Positions 1-9,035 are shown, numbered from the stretch's first letter. The stretch is DNA of 46,377 nucleotides from Thermoanaerobaculia bacterium (GCA_044226625.1 JBGAGQ010000054.1:1-46377), one strand, 5' to 3'. Notes: generated by a model not told the origin, from the sequence alone. Made by a program: numbers and translations.

Positions 1-452
1 CCGCCACCACCCCCGCCACCACCACCGCCGCCCCCGCCACCGCCGCCACCGGTCGCGAGGATGACCAGCGTTGAGGTACCGCGCGTTCCGTCGATCGACG
101 CGCCGCTGGCGTTGGACAGGGTGAGCTGGATCGTCTCAGCGCCTTCCGGAACGTCGTCGTTCAGGATCGGCACGGTGAAGGTCTTCGTCAAGCCGTCGCC
201 GGACGCCCAGGAGAGCGTCCCGGACACGGCCGTGTAGTCGGCGCCGGCGGTGGCCGTGCCGTCGCTGGTCGAGTAGGAGACTGAAGCCGCTCCGTCCTCT
301 CCTTGCGAGCGCTCGACTCGAATCACCGCCACGCCGGCGGTCTCGGCCACCTCGAACGTCACCTCGTCGAATTTCAGGACTCCGGGTCCGCCGGCCAAAG
401 CGGGCCCGGCCATCAGGAACGATGCCAGGAGCAAAATCTTAGGTCGTTTCAT
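1..452 (-). CDS. Secreted Calx-beta domain protein (continues beyond the window edge)
   Basis: Not in the ORF track; translated by hand from ATG at 452 (GGAGG RBS at 460-464). MKRPKILLLASFLMAGPALA is a signal peptide, followed by VLKFDEVTFEVAETAGVAVIRVERS...VSYSTSDGTATAGADY...GTLSWASGD...KTFTVPILNDDVPEGAETIQLTLSN, a typical Calx-beta pattern, then a poly-Gly linker. Confidence 0.85.
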   Translation of the reverse strand, partial: MKRPKILLLASFLMAGPALAGGPGVLKFDEVTFEVAETAGVAVIRVERSQGEDGAASVSYSTSDGTATAGADYTAVSGTLSWASGDGLTKTFTVPILNDDVPEGAETIQLTLSNASGASIDGTRGTSTLVILATGGGGGGGGGGGGGGGG

Positions 453-549
453 TCACGCACCTCCAAGCGGGATGGGTAGCCGCTCCGGCCCTGAGAGTCA
501 GGGGGCGACGCGGCCTCTCGGCGTCCCGAAGAGGCTATCGACCGGGACA

Positions 550-574
550 TGACAAGGGGATTACAGCCCTGTAA
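550..574. promoter_or_regulatory. Putative response-regulator binding site (TGACA-N6-TTACA-N4-TGTAA)
   Basis: Pentamer direct repeats 11 bp apart plus a TTACA/TGTAA palindrome, about 100 bp upstream of the Calx-beta gene; resembles OmpR/PhoB-family boxes. Confidence 0.3.
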
Positions 575-643
575 GGAGGGTGGCGAGCGGGGCGCTCACC
601 TTGGTTGAGCCGGGTGAATCGAGCGGGCCTTGCCCGCCTCGCC

Positions 644-1387
644 TCAGGCGACCGTCTCGTCGCCGTCGAGCCGCGAACGGTGCCGGAACGATCCGGTGCC
701 GTCGAGGAGCTTCTCGCGCACCTGCTTGAGCGCCCCCACGGTCTCGACGTCGCGCAGCCCGAGCTCGATCGCGCGTTGGAGGTTTTCCTCCGCGCCGCGC
801 AGCCAGTTCGGATTCTGGGCGAGCGCGCGACCGAGCGCGGCGAAATACTCAGGCTGGGGATCGGTCCGTACCGCCTGCCGAAGCAGCTCCACGGCGAAAT
901 GGAAATCCCCTGTGCTCGACAGAGCGCCCGCCCGCTCGTACTGCTCGCGGGCGAACTGGCGAGTCTCTTCGGCCCGGACCTCGCCGCTCGGCCGCGCCAA
1001 TCCCCCGACGCCGAACTCCCGGTCGTAGCGGCGCCGACGGTCGGGGTGATTGAGCGTCAGATAGGCCGCCGTGGCGCGCTCGAACAGCAGCTCGAGCACG
1101 CCTTCGCGTCCGGCGAGCCCCACGGCGGAAGCGTGGCTCGGATGCACCGACCGGGCGAGGCGCTCGTAGGCGTCGTGGATCTCGTCCTCGGTCGCGCTAG
1201 GCGATACGTTGAGCAACTCGTACCAATTCGCCGTGCCGACGGCGCCGATCAGGCGCGCGATCTCGCGACGATGGTCCGAGGACTCGCCCTCGAACGGATG
1301 GTCGGCGAGGCTCCGCGCGATCCGGCGCGAAAACTGCGCGAGCTCTTCGGCGTCCGGCGCCTCGCCTTTCCAAGTCGTCTCGTTCAT
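644..1387 (-). CDS. DnaJ-like J-domain protein with C-terminal TPR
   Basis: NWYELLNVSPSATEDEIHDAYERLARSVHPS...AYLTLNHPDRRRRYD is a J-domain pattern with HPD replaced by HPS; AVELLRQAVRTDPQPEYFAALGRAL is TPR-like. Confidence 0.8.
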   Translation of the reverse strand: MNETTWKGEAPDAEELAQFSRRIARSLADHPFEGESSDHRREIARLIGAVGTANWYELLNVSPSATEDEIHDAYERLARSVHPSHASAVGLAGREGVLELLFERATAAYLTLNHPDRRRRYDREFGVGGLARPSGEVRAEETRQFAREQYERAGALSSTGDFHFAVELLRQAVRTDPQPEYFAALGRALAQNPNWLRGAEENLQRAIELGLRDVETVGALKQVREKLLDGTGSFRHRSRLDGDETVA

Positions 1388-1530
1388 GCCCGGTGCTCTT
1401 GCGGCGATCCTCTCGATGCCCTTTGGCTACGACCTCGTTTTCCTACGACTTCTTGCCGCGACGATTCCCTCAACCTCTTTGCAACCTCTTTGCAAATTCC
1501 CTGCAAGCCTCGAACGCCGGCCTGGAGCTC

Positions 1531-2268
1531 CTACCACCCCATTCTCTCTATGGCGTAAGGGAGCATCTTTCGCCACCAGGGCCAATCGTGATTCACGTCG
1601 TGCCCCCACATGTCCAGCTCGTGCGGAATCCCCTTCGCGCTCAAGATCTCGGCGAGCTTGCGCGAGGCGTCCGGTGCCTCGTAGGCGCCCTGCCCGGTGA
1701 GGATGTGGATGCGCGTCTGCTGGCGCAGGAGGTCGAGCGCCGGACCTTCGAGCTTCGGCAGGTACCAGGCGGGGTTGTTGAAGTAGCAGTTCTCGTCCGA
1801 GTACCCCTTGAGGTAGTCCGGCCCGAGATCGTAGAAGCCGCTCATCGCGATCACCGAATCGAACAGGTCCGGACGGCGGAAGAAGCAGTTCGCCGCATGG
1901 AACGCGCCGAAGCTCGCGCCGGAGGTGGCGACCCGGATCGCCGGGCTCTGGCACGCCTGACGGATGAACGGGATCACTTCCTCCTCGACGTAGCGGACGT
2001 AGAGCGCCTGGCGCCGCGCCTGCTCGGGCACCGGGAGCTTGTCGTCCATCCAGGCCTGACTGTTGATGCTGTTGATCGAGAAGACGCGGACCTGGCCGGC
2101 TTCGATCTGCGGCTCCACCGCCTTGATCAGCCAGAAGCGCTCGTTTTCGAGGTAGTCGGCGGCGGCGGTCGGGAACAGCAGCAGGGGATGCCCCCAACTG
2201 CCGTAGGAGACGATCGGCATGTCCTGGCCGAGAATCGGGCTACGCCAACCGTCGAGATGCTTTTCCAT
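1531..2268 (-). CDS. Alpha/beta-hydrolase esterase family protein
   Basis: True start taken as MEKHLDGW at 2268 (GGAGGAG RBS at 2281-2287), not 2961. Contains the GASFG nucleophile elbow, SGFYD and C-terminal WGHDVNHDWPWWRKM. Confidence 0.85.
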   Translation of the reverse strand: MEKHLDGWRSPILGQDMPIVSYGSWGHPLLLFPTAAADYLENERFWLIKAVEPQIEAGQVRVFSINSINSQAWMDDKLPVPEQARRQALYVRYVEEEVIPFIRQACQSPAIRVATSGASFGAFHAANCFFRRPDLFDSVIAMSGFYDLGPDYLKGYSDENCYFNNPAWYLPKLEGPALDLLRQQTRIHILTGQGAYEAPDASRKLAEILSAKGIPHELDMWGHDVNHDWPWWRKMLPYAIERMGW

Positions 2269-2501
2269 TATGCGGCCGACCTCCTCCGGAAAAGGCGGCC
2301 GCTTCCGCGGCGCCGTGTCTTCTGGGAAACTGGTGTCAGGATATCCGGCCGCGGACCGCCCTTCAAGCTCCATGCCGCAGGCTCCCCCTGGCGGGCGCGC
2401 CTCGAAGTCCCGATCGCGAAAGACGAAATCCGACGTCCGCTCCCGAAATCGACGCCACGCAACCGAATCCCTCCTCGCTCCGAGTCGCCCCTCCGAATCC
2501 C

Positions 2502-3350
2502 ATGCTGGCCTGCTCCGTCCGCGCCTGCCGCGCGCCGCTCGCCCTCGATCCGGAGAGCGCCGGCCGGCGCGCCGTCTGCCCGAACGGCCATTCCTACGAC
2601 CGCGCTCGGAGCGGCTATTGGAACCTCCTCCAGCCGCAGGACCGCCGATCCGACGTCCCGGGCGACTCAAAGGACGCCGCCCGCGCCCGCCGGCTCCTCG
2701 CCGATCGCGGCCTCGATACGCCACTCTTTGCCGCCCTGGTGCCAATTCTCGACACCCCGCCGCTTCTCGAACGGGCGCCGATCCTCGACGTCGGCTGCGG
2801 TGAAGGGAGCTTCCTGGCATACCTCGGGAGACACCGAACGATCGAAGGCGTGGGAGTCGACCTCTCGACCCCGGCGATCGAGCTCGCCGCCCGCCGGGAC
2901 CCCCAGGCGATCTGGGTCGTGGGCAACGCCGACCGTCGGCTGCCGCTGGTCGACGCGGCATTCGTCCGCATCACCTCGCTCACCGCGCGGCGAAACCCCG
3001 AGGAGTTCCATCGGCTGCTCGCTCCGGACGGCCGGCTGGTGATCGCGCTACCCGGCCCCGACGACCTCCTGGAGCTGCGCGCCACCGCCCTCGGTCGCGC
3101 CGACCGACGGGAGCGGCTGGAGCCGGCGGTCGCCGAGCTGGCGCCGTTTTTCGAGCTGGAGGCGACTGAGAGGATCACCTGGACCGCGACGCTCGACGAG
3201 GAAGGGATCGCCGCCCTGCTCGCTTCGACCTACCGCGGCGGACGGACCGGGCGCGAGGGACGGGCGATGGCGCTCGCGGGAAGACCGATCACGTTCAGCC
3301 GAGACGTGGCACGACTCAGGACAATCGAGAATGGCGAATCAAGAATCTAG
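2502..3350 (+). CDS. rlmA: RlmA-like 23S rRNA (guanine-N1) methyltransferase
   Basis: N-terminal Zn-finger CxxxxC...CPNGHSYDRARSGYWNLL, PGDSK..ARRR and SAM-binding LDVGCGEG, as in the RlmA(I)/(II) family. Confidence 0.7.
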   Translation: MLACSVRACRAPLALDPESAGRRAVCPNGHSYDRARSGYWNLLQPQDRRSDVPGDSKDAARARRLLADRGLDTPLFAALVPILDTPPLLERAPILDVGCGEGSFLAYLGRHRTIEGVGVDLSTPAIELAARRDPQAIWVVGNADRRLPLVDAAFVRITSLTARRNPEEFHRLLAPDGRLVIALPGPDDLLELRATALGRADRRERLEPAVAELAPFFELEATERITWTATLDEEGIAALLASTYRGGRTGREGRAMALAGRPITFSRDVARLRTIENGESRI

Positions 3351-3376
3351 AATTCGTGATTCTCGATTCACCATTC
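3329..3376. terminator. Heptamer-based inverted repeat between convergent genes (probable bidirectional terminator)
   Basis: GAATGGCGAATCAAGAATC ... GATTCTCGATTCACCATTC form a 19-bp imperfect stem built from GAATNNN heptamers. Confidence 0.5.
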
Positions 3377-3380
3377 GTCA

Positions 3381-4427
3381 TTACTCCCAGATCGCCACCT
3401 CGAACCGGCCGGAGGCGTCCGCGGCGCCGCGGAACATGCCGCTCGAATTGAACACCAGGGCGATCCGGCCGTCCTTGCCCACGGCGATCACGCCGCCGTC
3501 GCCCGGCGCGAGCTCGCCGATGGTCTGCTTGGCCGCCTCTTCGAGCGACAGCCCTGCGAACTGCACCCGGGCAGCGATCGTCCGCGCGACCGTGTGGCGG
3601 ATGAACTGCTCCCCCACGCCCGTCGCCGAGACCGCGCACGAGCGGTCGTCGGCGTAGGTTCCGGCGCCGATCACCGGCACGTCGCCGATCCGGCCGAACC
3701 GCTTGTCGGTGAGCCCGCCGGTCGAGGTCGCCGCAGCCAGATGCCCATGGATGTCGAGCGCCACCGCGCCCACCGTGCCGAACTTCTTCGGCACGCTCCC
3801 CGCGGCCTCATCCTTCATCGCCTTCTGCCACTGGTCGTAGCGCTCCTGGACGAAGAAGTAGTCCGGACCGGCGCGCTCGATCTTGGGGTTGCCCGCCATT
3901 TCGTCCGCGAACTTCTCGGCTCCGGGACCAGCGAAGAAGACGTGCTTCGACTTCTCCATCACCAACCGGGCGAGCGAGATCGGATTCTTCACCGTCTTCA
4001 AGCCCGCGACCGAGCCGCAGCCGAGCGTCGAGCCGTCCATGATCGCCGCGTCCATCTCATGCTCGCCGTCGTGGGTGAACACCGCCCCCTTGCCGGCGTT
4101 GAACTTCGGATCGTTCTCGAGATCGCGCACCACCGCCTCGACCGTATCGACCGCCGAGGCGCCCTTCTCGAGCATCCCCTTGCCCAAGCTCAACGCCCGC
4201 TCGAGCGCGGCGAAATACTCTTTCTTCTTCTCCTCCGGCATCGACTTGTCGATCACCCCCGCGCCGCCGTGGATCGCGAGCGACCAGCTGGTGACGTCGC
4301 CTTTCGTCAGCACGACCTGGGCACCCGGGACTTCGGGTGCCTGGGCTTGCGCCACGGACGGAACGAACGGAACGGAAGCGGCGAACATCGCGAGGCCGAA
4401 GGCCCCGAAGCGGCGTAGCGGTCGCAT
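3381..4427 (-). CDS. iaaA: Isoaspartyl peptidase/L-asparaginase (Ntn hydrolase, asparaginase 2 family) with signal peptide
   Basis: LAIHGGAG, FNAGKGAV, EMDAAIMDG, autocleavage site GTVGAVA, ATSTGG, GRIGD and GGVIAV; hydrophobic N-terminal signal ending AQA. Confidence 0.93.
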   Translation of the reverse strand: MRPLRRFGAFGLAMFAASVPFVPSVAQAQAPEVPGAQVVLTKGDVTSWSLAIHGGAGVIDKSMPEEKKKEYFAALERALSLGKGMLEKGASAVDTVEAVVRDLENDPKFNAGKGAVFTHDGEHEMDAAIMDGSTLGCGSVAGLKTVKNPISLARLVMEKSKHVFFAGPGAEKFADEMAGNPKIERAGPDYFFVQERYDQWQKAMKDEAAGSVPKKFGTVGAVALDIHGHLAAATSTGGLTDKRFGRIGDVPVIGAGTYADDRSCAVSATGVGEQFIRHTVARTIAARVQFAGLSLEEAAKQTIGELAPGDGGVIAVGKDGRIALVFNSSGMFRGAADASGRFEVAIWE

Positions 4428-4488
4428 GTGGATCTCCTCGGGTCTCCTCGAAACGGCTCGAGGATGGTACCACCCGAGCGAGATCGGC

Positions 4489-6063
4489 CTACCCCGCCCG
4501 GCGCACCAACACGACCGTCTGGTCGTCGGCCTGGGGGTGTCCTTTGGCGAAGGCGCTCACGGCGAGGTCGATGGTGTGGATCAGCTCGGGCAGCGGAAGG
4601 TGCCGGTAGGCGGTGAGGATCTCGCCGAGGCGGCCCATGCCGAACTCTTCGTCGTCGATCGAGGTCGCCTCGGTGATGCCGTCGCTGTAGAGGCAGAGGA
4701 GATCGCCCGGGAGGAGGTCGGTGCGTTGGGAGGCGAAGCGGGCGGCGCGGATGAGGCCCAGCGGGACCCCTCCGGAGCCGAGCTCGTCGAGGGCGCCGTC
4801 GCGGCGGAGGACGAGCGCCGGGTTGTGCCCCGCGTTCAGGTAGTCGAGGGCTCCGGTGTTGGGATCGAGCTGGGCGAAGAAGAGGGTGACGAACTTGTTC
4901 GCCGTCGAGGACTCGGCGAGGTGGGTGTTCAGCCGTTCGAGGAAGCCCGTGCCCACACCGTCGCGCTCGGCGAGCAGGCGGAGCGCCGAATGGAGCGTCG
5001 AGACCAGCAGCGCCGCCGGCATCCCCTTGCCCGAGACGTCGCCGAGCGCGAGGCCGAAACGGCCGGCCCCGGCGTCGAGGAAGCCGTAGTAGTCGCCGCC
5101 GACCTGCGCCGCCGGGCGGTTCCAGCCGGCGATCTCGTAGCCGGCCAGCTCGGGCGAGCCCTTCGGAAGGATCTGCTTCTGGATCTCGGAGGCGAGGCTC
5201 ATCTCGCGCTCCAACCGCTCTTTCTCGAGCGCCTGGAGGTGGAGCCGGGCGTTTTCGAGCGCGATCGCCGCCTGGTTCGCGAACAGCCCCAGCGAGCGCC
5301 GGTCGGCAGCGCGGAACGGGCCCACGCCCCGCCGGCTCTCCTTGTCGCCGACGGCGATCAGACCGCGCGGGCTTCCTTCGATCTCGATACCAACACCGAG
5401 CAGGTGGCGCGCCCCGGGCAGGAGCGCCTCCGGCGGATCCCCTCCGGCGAGGAACCGGGCGAGCGCGGGATCGCCCGCCTCGAACCCCTCTTCCGCCTCG
5501 CCGCCGAAGGTGCGCTGCAGGCGGTAGCCCTCGGAGCCGAGCAGGTAGAGCGCGCCGCGGCGCGCGTCGAGCAGCATCACGGCGTGGAGCAGGATCTCCT
5601 CCGACAGCTGTTCGAGATCGAGGGTGCCGGCGACCTTCAGGCCGACGTCGTAGAGCGCCTCGAGCTCGACGCCGCGGTAGTTCGCCTGGAAGCGCTGCTC
5701 TTTCAGCTGGCGCAGCAGGCGGAGCGCCTTCGCCGCCTCCGAGATGAGCAGGGTCGAGGCGTCGGCGAGCGGCACGTCGCCGGGGGCGTAGATCAGCGCC
5801 CCGGCGGGAAGCCGCACGATCGCGAAGCCGCGGGCGAGCTCCGCCTGGGGCGCCGCGAAGTCGTAGATTTCGGGAAAGTCGCGCCCGCCGTGCGCACACT
5901 CGCGCTCGAGCAGGTTGCCGCGGTCGAGATAGAGCGCCGCGGCCTCGGCGTGATGCGCCTGGCACCAGTGGGCCAGCAGGCGGGAGAGGAGCGGGCGGGC
6001 GGAGCTCTCGGACTGACTGAGGACCAGCAGGTCTTCCCAGTCCTCGCGGGATAGAGAGGTCAC
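4489..6063 (-). CDS. rsbU: GAF-containing SpoIIE/RsbU-type PP2C serine phosphatase
   Basis: GAF region, then coiled coil ERLEREMSLASEIQKQILP, then PP2C motifs VGGDYY, GDVSGKG, NAGHNP, LYSDGITE and DDQT. Confidence 0.9.
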   Translation of the reverse strand: MTSLSREDWEDLLVLSQSESSARPLLSRLLAHWCQAHHAEAAALYLDRGNLLERECAHGGRDFPEIYDFAAPQAELARGFAIVRLPAGALIYAPGDVPLADASTLLISEAAKALRLLRQLKEQRFQANYRGVELEALYDVGLKVAGTLDLEQLSEEILLHAVMLLDARRGALYLLGSEGYRLQRTFGGEAEEGFEAGDPALARFLAGGDPPEALLPGARHLLGVGIEIEGSPRGLIAVGDKESRRGVGPFRAADRRSLGLFANQAAIALENARLHLQALEKERLEREMSLASEIQKQILPKGSPELAGYEIAGWNRPAAQVGGDYYGFLDAGAGRFGLALGDVSGKGMPAALLVSTLHSALRLLAERDGVGTGFLERLNTHLAESSTANKFVTLFFAQLDPNTGALDYLNAGHNPALVLRRDGALDELGSGGVPLGLIRAARFASQRTDLLPGDLLCLYSDGITEATSIDDEEFGMGRLGEILTAYRHLPLPELIHTIDLAVSAFAKGHPQADDQTVVLVRRAG

Positions 6064-6088
6064 GGCGGCGGTACCGCGGAGGGAACGG

Positions 6089-6445
6089 TCAGGCGGGGGC
6101 GCGGAGAGACGCGATCGCCTGCGTCTCGTCCGGGAAGATCTGGGCGTACTGCGACAGGCCCATGATTTCGAAGGTCTTCGCGATCGTCGGCGTCAGGCTG
6201 CAGAAGCCCAGCTTGCCCTCGATCTCGATCATCTTCTCGATGATCTCGATCAGGATCGAAATGCCGATCGAGTTGACGATCTTGGTGCCGTGCAGGTTGA
6301 GCAGCAGGACCTTTCGCCCCTCGTCGATCAGCTGGTAGGCCACCCGGGCGATCTCTTCGCCGCCCTGGTTGTTGATGTAGCCCTCCGTGTAGACGATCGC
6401 GAAGCCGTCCTGGCGATCGACGGTCACGCGCAAACTTTCGGTCAT
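6089..6445 (-). CDS. rsbV: STAS-domain anti-sigma factor antagonist (RsbV/SpoIIAA-like)
   Basis: Start MTESLRV at 6445 overlaps the rsbW stop (ATGA). VLLLNLHGTKIVNSIGISIL carries the phospho-acceptor Ser; FEIMGL at the C-terminus. Confidence 0.88.
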   Translation of the reverse strand: MTESLRVTVDRQDGFAIVYTEGYINNQGGEEIARVAYQLIDEGRKVLLLNLHGTKIVNSIGISILIEIIEKMIEIEGKLGFCSLTPTIAKTFEIMGLSQYAQIFPDETQAIASLRAPA

Positions 6446-6945
6446 CGACGTACCTCTCCACCTTCCGCGTTCTCGGCCGAACCCTCCGCGGATCCTTCGG
6501 CACCGGCCGCCCGCTTCTTGCTCATCACCACCGTGGTGCCTCCGCCCGCGCTCGAATCGATCTCGACGCTGTCCATCAGACCTTGGATGATCTCCAAGCC
6601 CCAGCCGCGCTTGTTCTCGGCCTTGAGCTTGCTCGCGATCCGGGGCTTCTCGCGCCGATCGGGCGAGAAACCGATTCCCGTGTCGCGCACCGAGATCCGC
6701 AAAAGCTCCGGCTCGCCCCCGCCCAAGACCTCGAAGGTCATGTAGACCTTCCGGTCCGGCGCGTGGCTGTGCTCGAACGCGTTGATGCACGCCTCGATCA
6801 CCGCCATGCGAACTTCGTCGATTCTATCCGGAGTCATCTGCATGTACTCGGCCATGGCGGTCGCAGTCTTGCTCGCCGCGACTTCCATGTCGGGGAGCAT
6901 CGGGAGCGTCAGTGTGACCTCCCTCAATACCGCGTTGCCGGTCAT
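6442..6945 (-). CDS. rsbW: Anti-sigma factor serine kinase (RsbW/SpoIIAB-like, HATPase_c)
   Basis: AVIEACINAFEH (N box), VRDTGIGF (G1), RGWGLEII (G2) and GTTVVMSK. Confidence 0.9.
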   Translation of the reverse strand: MTGNAVLREVTLTLPMLPDMEVAASKTATAMAEYMQMTPDRIDEVRMAVIEACINAFEHSHAPDRKVYMTFEVLGGGEPELLRISVRDTGIGFSPDRREKPRIASKLKAENKRGWGLEIIQGLMDSVEIDSSAGGGTTVVMSKKRAAGAEGSAEGSAENAEGGEVRR

Positions 6946-6971
6946 GGTTCGAGCGTCCTGGTTCCGCGGCC

Positions 6972-7127
6972 TTAGAAGGTCAGGTAGAGCTCGAGGGCGT
7001 AGATGACGATCGGGTGCACCGCATCCTGGGCTAGAAGCGCTAGGAAACTCGCACAGGTCACCACCGACAGGATCACCGAGCTCGAAACGCGGGGAAGAGC
7101 AATGGACTTGCGGACGGAGTCTAGCAT
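6972..7127 (-). CDS. Unannotated 51-aa hydrophobic small protein, first gene of the rsbWVU operon
   Basis: Hand translation: MLDSVRKSIALPRVSSSVILSVVTCASFLALLAQDAVHPIVIYALELYLTF*. GAGGAG RBS lies 9 nt upstream. The ORF fills the gap between the sigma54 promoter and rsbW. Confidence 0.65.
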   Translation of the reverse strand: MLDSVRKSIALPRVSSSVILSVVTCASFLALLAQDAVHPIVIYALELYLTF

Positions 7128-7162
7128 GTCGGGCGTCTCCTCATTCTCGCCGCCCTCCTACC

Positions 7163-7178
7163 GCAAGGGTGTTGCCAA
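7163..7178 (-). promoter_or_regulatory. Sigma54 (-24/-12) promoter
   Basis: Minus strand reads TTGGCAACACCCTTGC, with exact GG-N10-GC spacing and a close match to the TGGCAC-N5-TTGC consensus; 35 nt upstream of the small ORF start. Confidence 0.8.
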
Positions 7179-7360
7179 CCCCGGGAAAGCCTCGGCCCAC
7201 CGCGCGCAAGTGCCTCGAATCACGTCGTTTATCCCGATCGCCAAACGTTCGGCGCGGAGCGAACGCTGGACTGCACCGCGACATTTCGCCTCACGCTCTC
7301 CGTTCTCGACTTCGGGACCGCCGCGGAAACGCCATACCGATGGGGCATGCCGCTCGGACC

Positions 7361-7394
7361 GAGACAATATGTCCCAGAGAGTCATTTTGTCGCA
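7361..7394. promoter_or_regulatory. Tandem palindromic upstream activator sequences (putative bEBP binding sites)
   Basis: GAGACAATATGTCCCA (7361-7376) and GAGTCATTTTGTCGCA (7379-7394) are two related GACA-N3-TGTC-type dyads about 200 bp upstream of the sigma54 promoter; a weaker copy is at 7278-7293. Confidence 0.55.
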
Positions 7395-7410
7395 GGCGTC
7401 CCGCTTCACG

Positions 7411-8937
7411 TCAGAACCCTTTGCGCTGCAAGGTTTTGCGGTCGATGCCGAGGATCTTCGCCGCCTCGGTCTTGTTCCCCTGGACGCTTTCGAGCACGTG
7501 GGCGATATAGCGGCGCTCCAAGCTCGCGAGGTCGAGTGCCGGCGGCTCCTCCGCGCCGCCCTCTCCCGGCGCGTCCGCTGCCGTCGGGGCGGAGGCGGCG
7601 GACGAAGCCGAGGCGCCGATCAGGGAGCGCACCAGCTCGCCGTCGACCTCGTCCTCGGCGAGCGAGGCCGCCCCCTCGACCAGGTTCTGCAGCTCGCGCA
7701 CGTTGCCCGGGTAGTCGTAGGCCATCATCCGTGCCAACGCCTCGGCGCGCAGCCCGGGCGCCGGGATCTCCTCCCGGCGGCAGAACTCTTCCAGGAAATG
7801 GCGCACGAGATGCGGGATGTCGGCCTTCCGCTCGCGCAACGGCGGCAGCTCCACCTCGACGCCTTTCAGGCGGTAATAGAGATCCTCGCGGAACTTCCCC
7901 TCGCGGACCCGCCGCTCGAGATCCTGATGGGTGGCCGCGACCAGCCGCACGTCGACCGGAATCGGCCGACGGCCGCCCAGGCGCACCACCTCGCGCTCCT
8001 GGAGCACGCGGAGCAGCTTCGCCTGGAGGGAGGGGTCCATGTCGCCGATCTCGTCGAGGAACAGCGTGCCCCCGTCGGCGAGCTCGAACTTGCCCGGCCG
8101 GGCCTGCACCCCCGTCGCCACCCCGCCCTCGATGCCGAACAGCTCGCTTTCGAGCAGCGCCTCGGGGAGCGCCGCGCAGTTCAGCGCGATCAGCGCCCCG
8201 GTGCGCCGCGAGCGGAGGTGGAGCAGCTTCGCGATCAGCTCTTTGCCCGTGCCGCTCTCGCCGCGGACGAGGACGGAGACCCCGCGCGGCGCCACCCGCT
8301 CGACGATGTCGAGCACCCTGCGCATCGCCGGAGTCGAGGCGATCACCCGATGGCCGTCGACCTCGTCGACCAGGCGCCCCTTGAGCGCCTTGTTCTCCTC
8401 CTCGAGCTTCTCGCGCTGGGTCTCCAGCCGCTCGACCTGCCGCGCCGCGTCGAGCGCGATCCCGGCGAGCGTGCCGACCGAATCGAGGAAACGCCGGTCG
8501 TCTTCCGAGAACGACGCCTCGGAATCGCCGCGCGCCTCCTTGTCCAGGATCGCGAGATAGCCGAGGAAGGTGCCGCGATAGACCAGCGGCGTCGCCACCA
8601 GGTCGTGGAAGCGCCGGCCGGCGAGCTCCCCCTCGCTCTGCACCAGCAGGCGCCCGGCGGCGAGCAGCTCGCGCCAGAGCGGCGCGGCGAGCAGCGCCGT
8701 CCCCGAGACCGCCGGCCCGGTCCAGCCCACCGTCGCCACCCCGCGCGGCCCGCCGTAGGCGTCGCGAGTGACCGCCACCGCGGCGCCGGGGTCGAGCACC
8801 GCGCACACCCGCTCGAGCAGCTCGTCGACCAGCTCCTGCTCGCCGCGCTGCGCCTGGAGCGCCAGCGCGAGATCGTAGAGGGTCTCGAGCTGGAGGATCC
8901 GGCGGCGCTCGGCGAGAGAGGAGTCGGCTCGAGGCAT
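7411..8937 (-). CDS. GAF-domain sigma54-dependent Fis-family transcriptional activator (bEBP)
   Basis: Walker [15 protein letters not shown], Walker [28 protein letters not shown] and [20 protein letters not shown]. The GAFTGA loop reads GVATGV. Start chosen at 8937 (MPRADS), 7 nt after a TAAAAT hexamer; the ORF track start is 9018. Confidence 0.92.
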   Translation of the reverse strand: MPRADSSLAERRRILQLETLYDLALALQAQRGEQELVDELLERVCAVLDPGAAVAVTRDAYGGPRGVATVGWTGPAVSGTALLAAPLWRELLAAGRLLVQSEGELAGRRFHDLVATPLVYRGTFLGYLAILDKEARGDSEASFSEDDRRFLDSVGTLAGIALDAARQVERLETQREKLEEENKALKGRLVDEVDGHRVIASTPAMRRVLDIVERVAPRGVSVLVRGESGTGKELIAKLLHLRSRRTGALIALNCAALPEALLESELFGIEGGVATGVQARPGKFELADGGTLFLDEIGDMDPSLQAKLLRVLQEREVVRLGGRRPIPVDVRLVAATHQDLERRVREGKFREDLYYRLKGVEVELPPLRERKADIPHLVRHFLEEFCRREEIPAPGLRAEALARMMAYDYPGNVRELQNLVEGAASLAEDEVDGELVRSLIGASASSAASAPTAADAPGEGGAEEPPALDLASLERRYIAHVLESVQGNKTEAAKILGIDRKTLQRKGF

Positions 8938-9035
8938 CGGGAACATTTTATCCAAGGGGATGCGGGCCGCTGGCGACCCGCACCTGAGGTTTGGTACCTT
9001 AGGCCGATTTCTCGCCATCCGCGCAAGGATTTCCG

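Noticed and set aside
1-52. CCG/CCA trinucleotide repeat as a separate element
   Set aside because: It encodes the poly-Gly linker of the Calx-beta protein.
2269-2961. N-terminal extension of the esterase ORF to 2961
   Set aside because: It overlaps the divergent rlmA-like gene and is low complexity; a good RBS supports the start at 2268.
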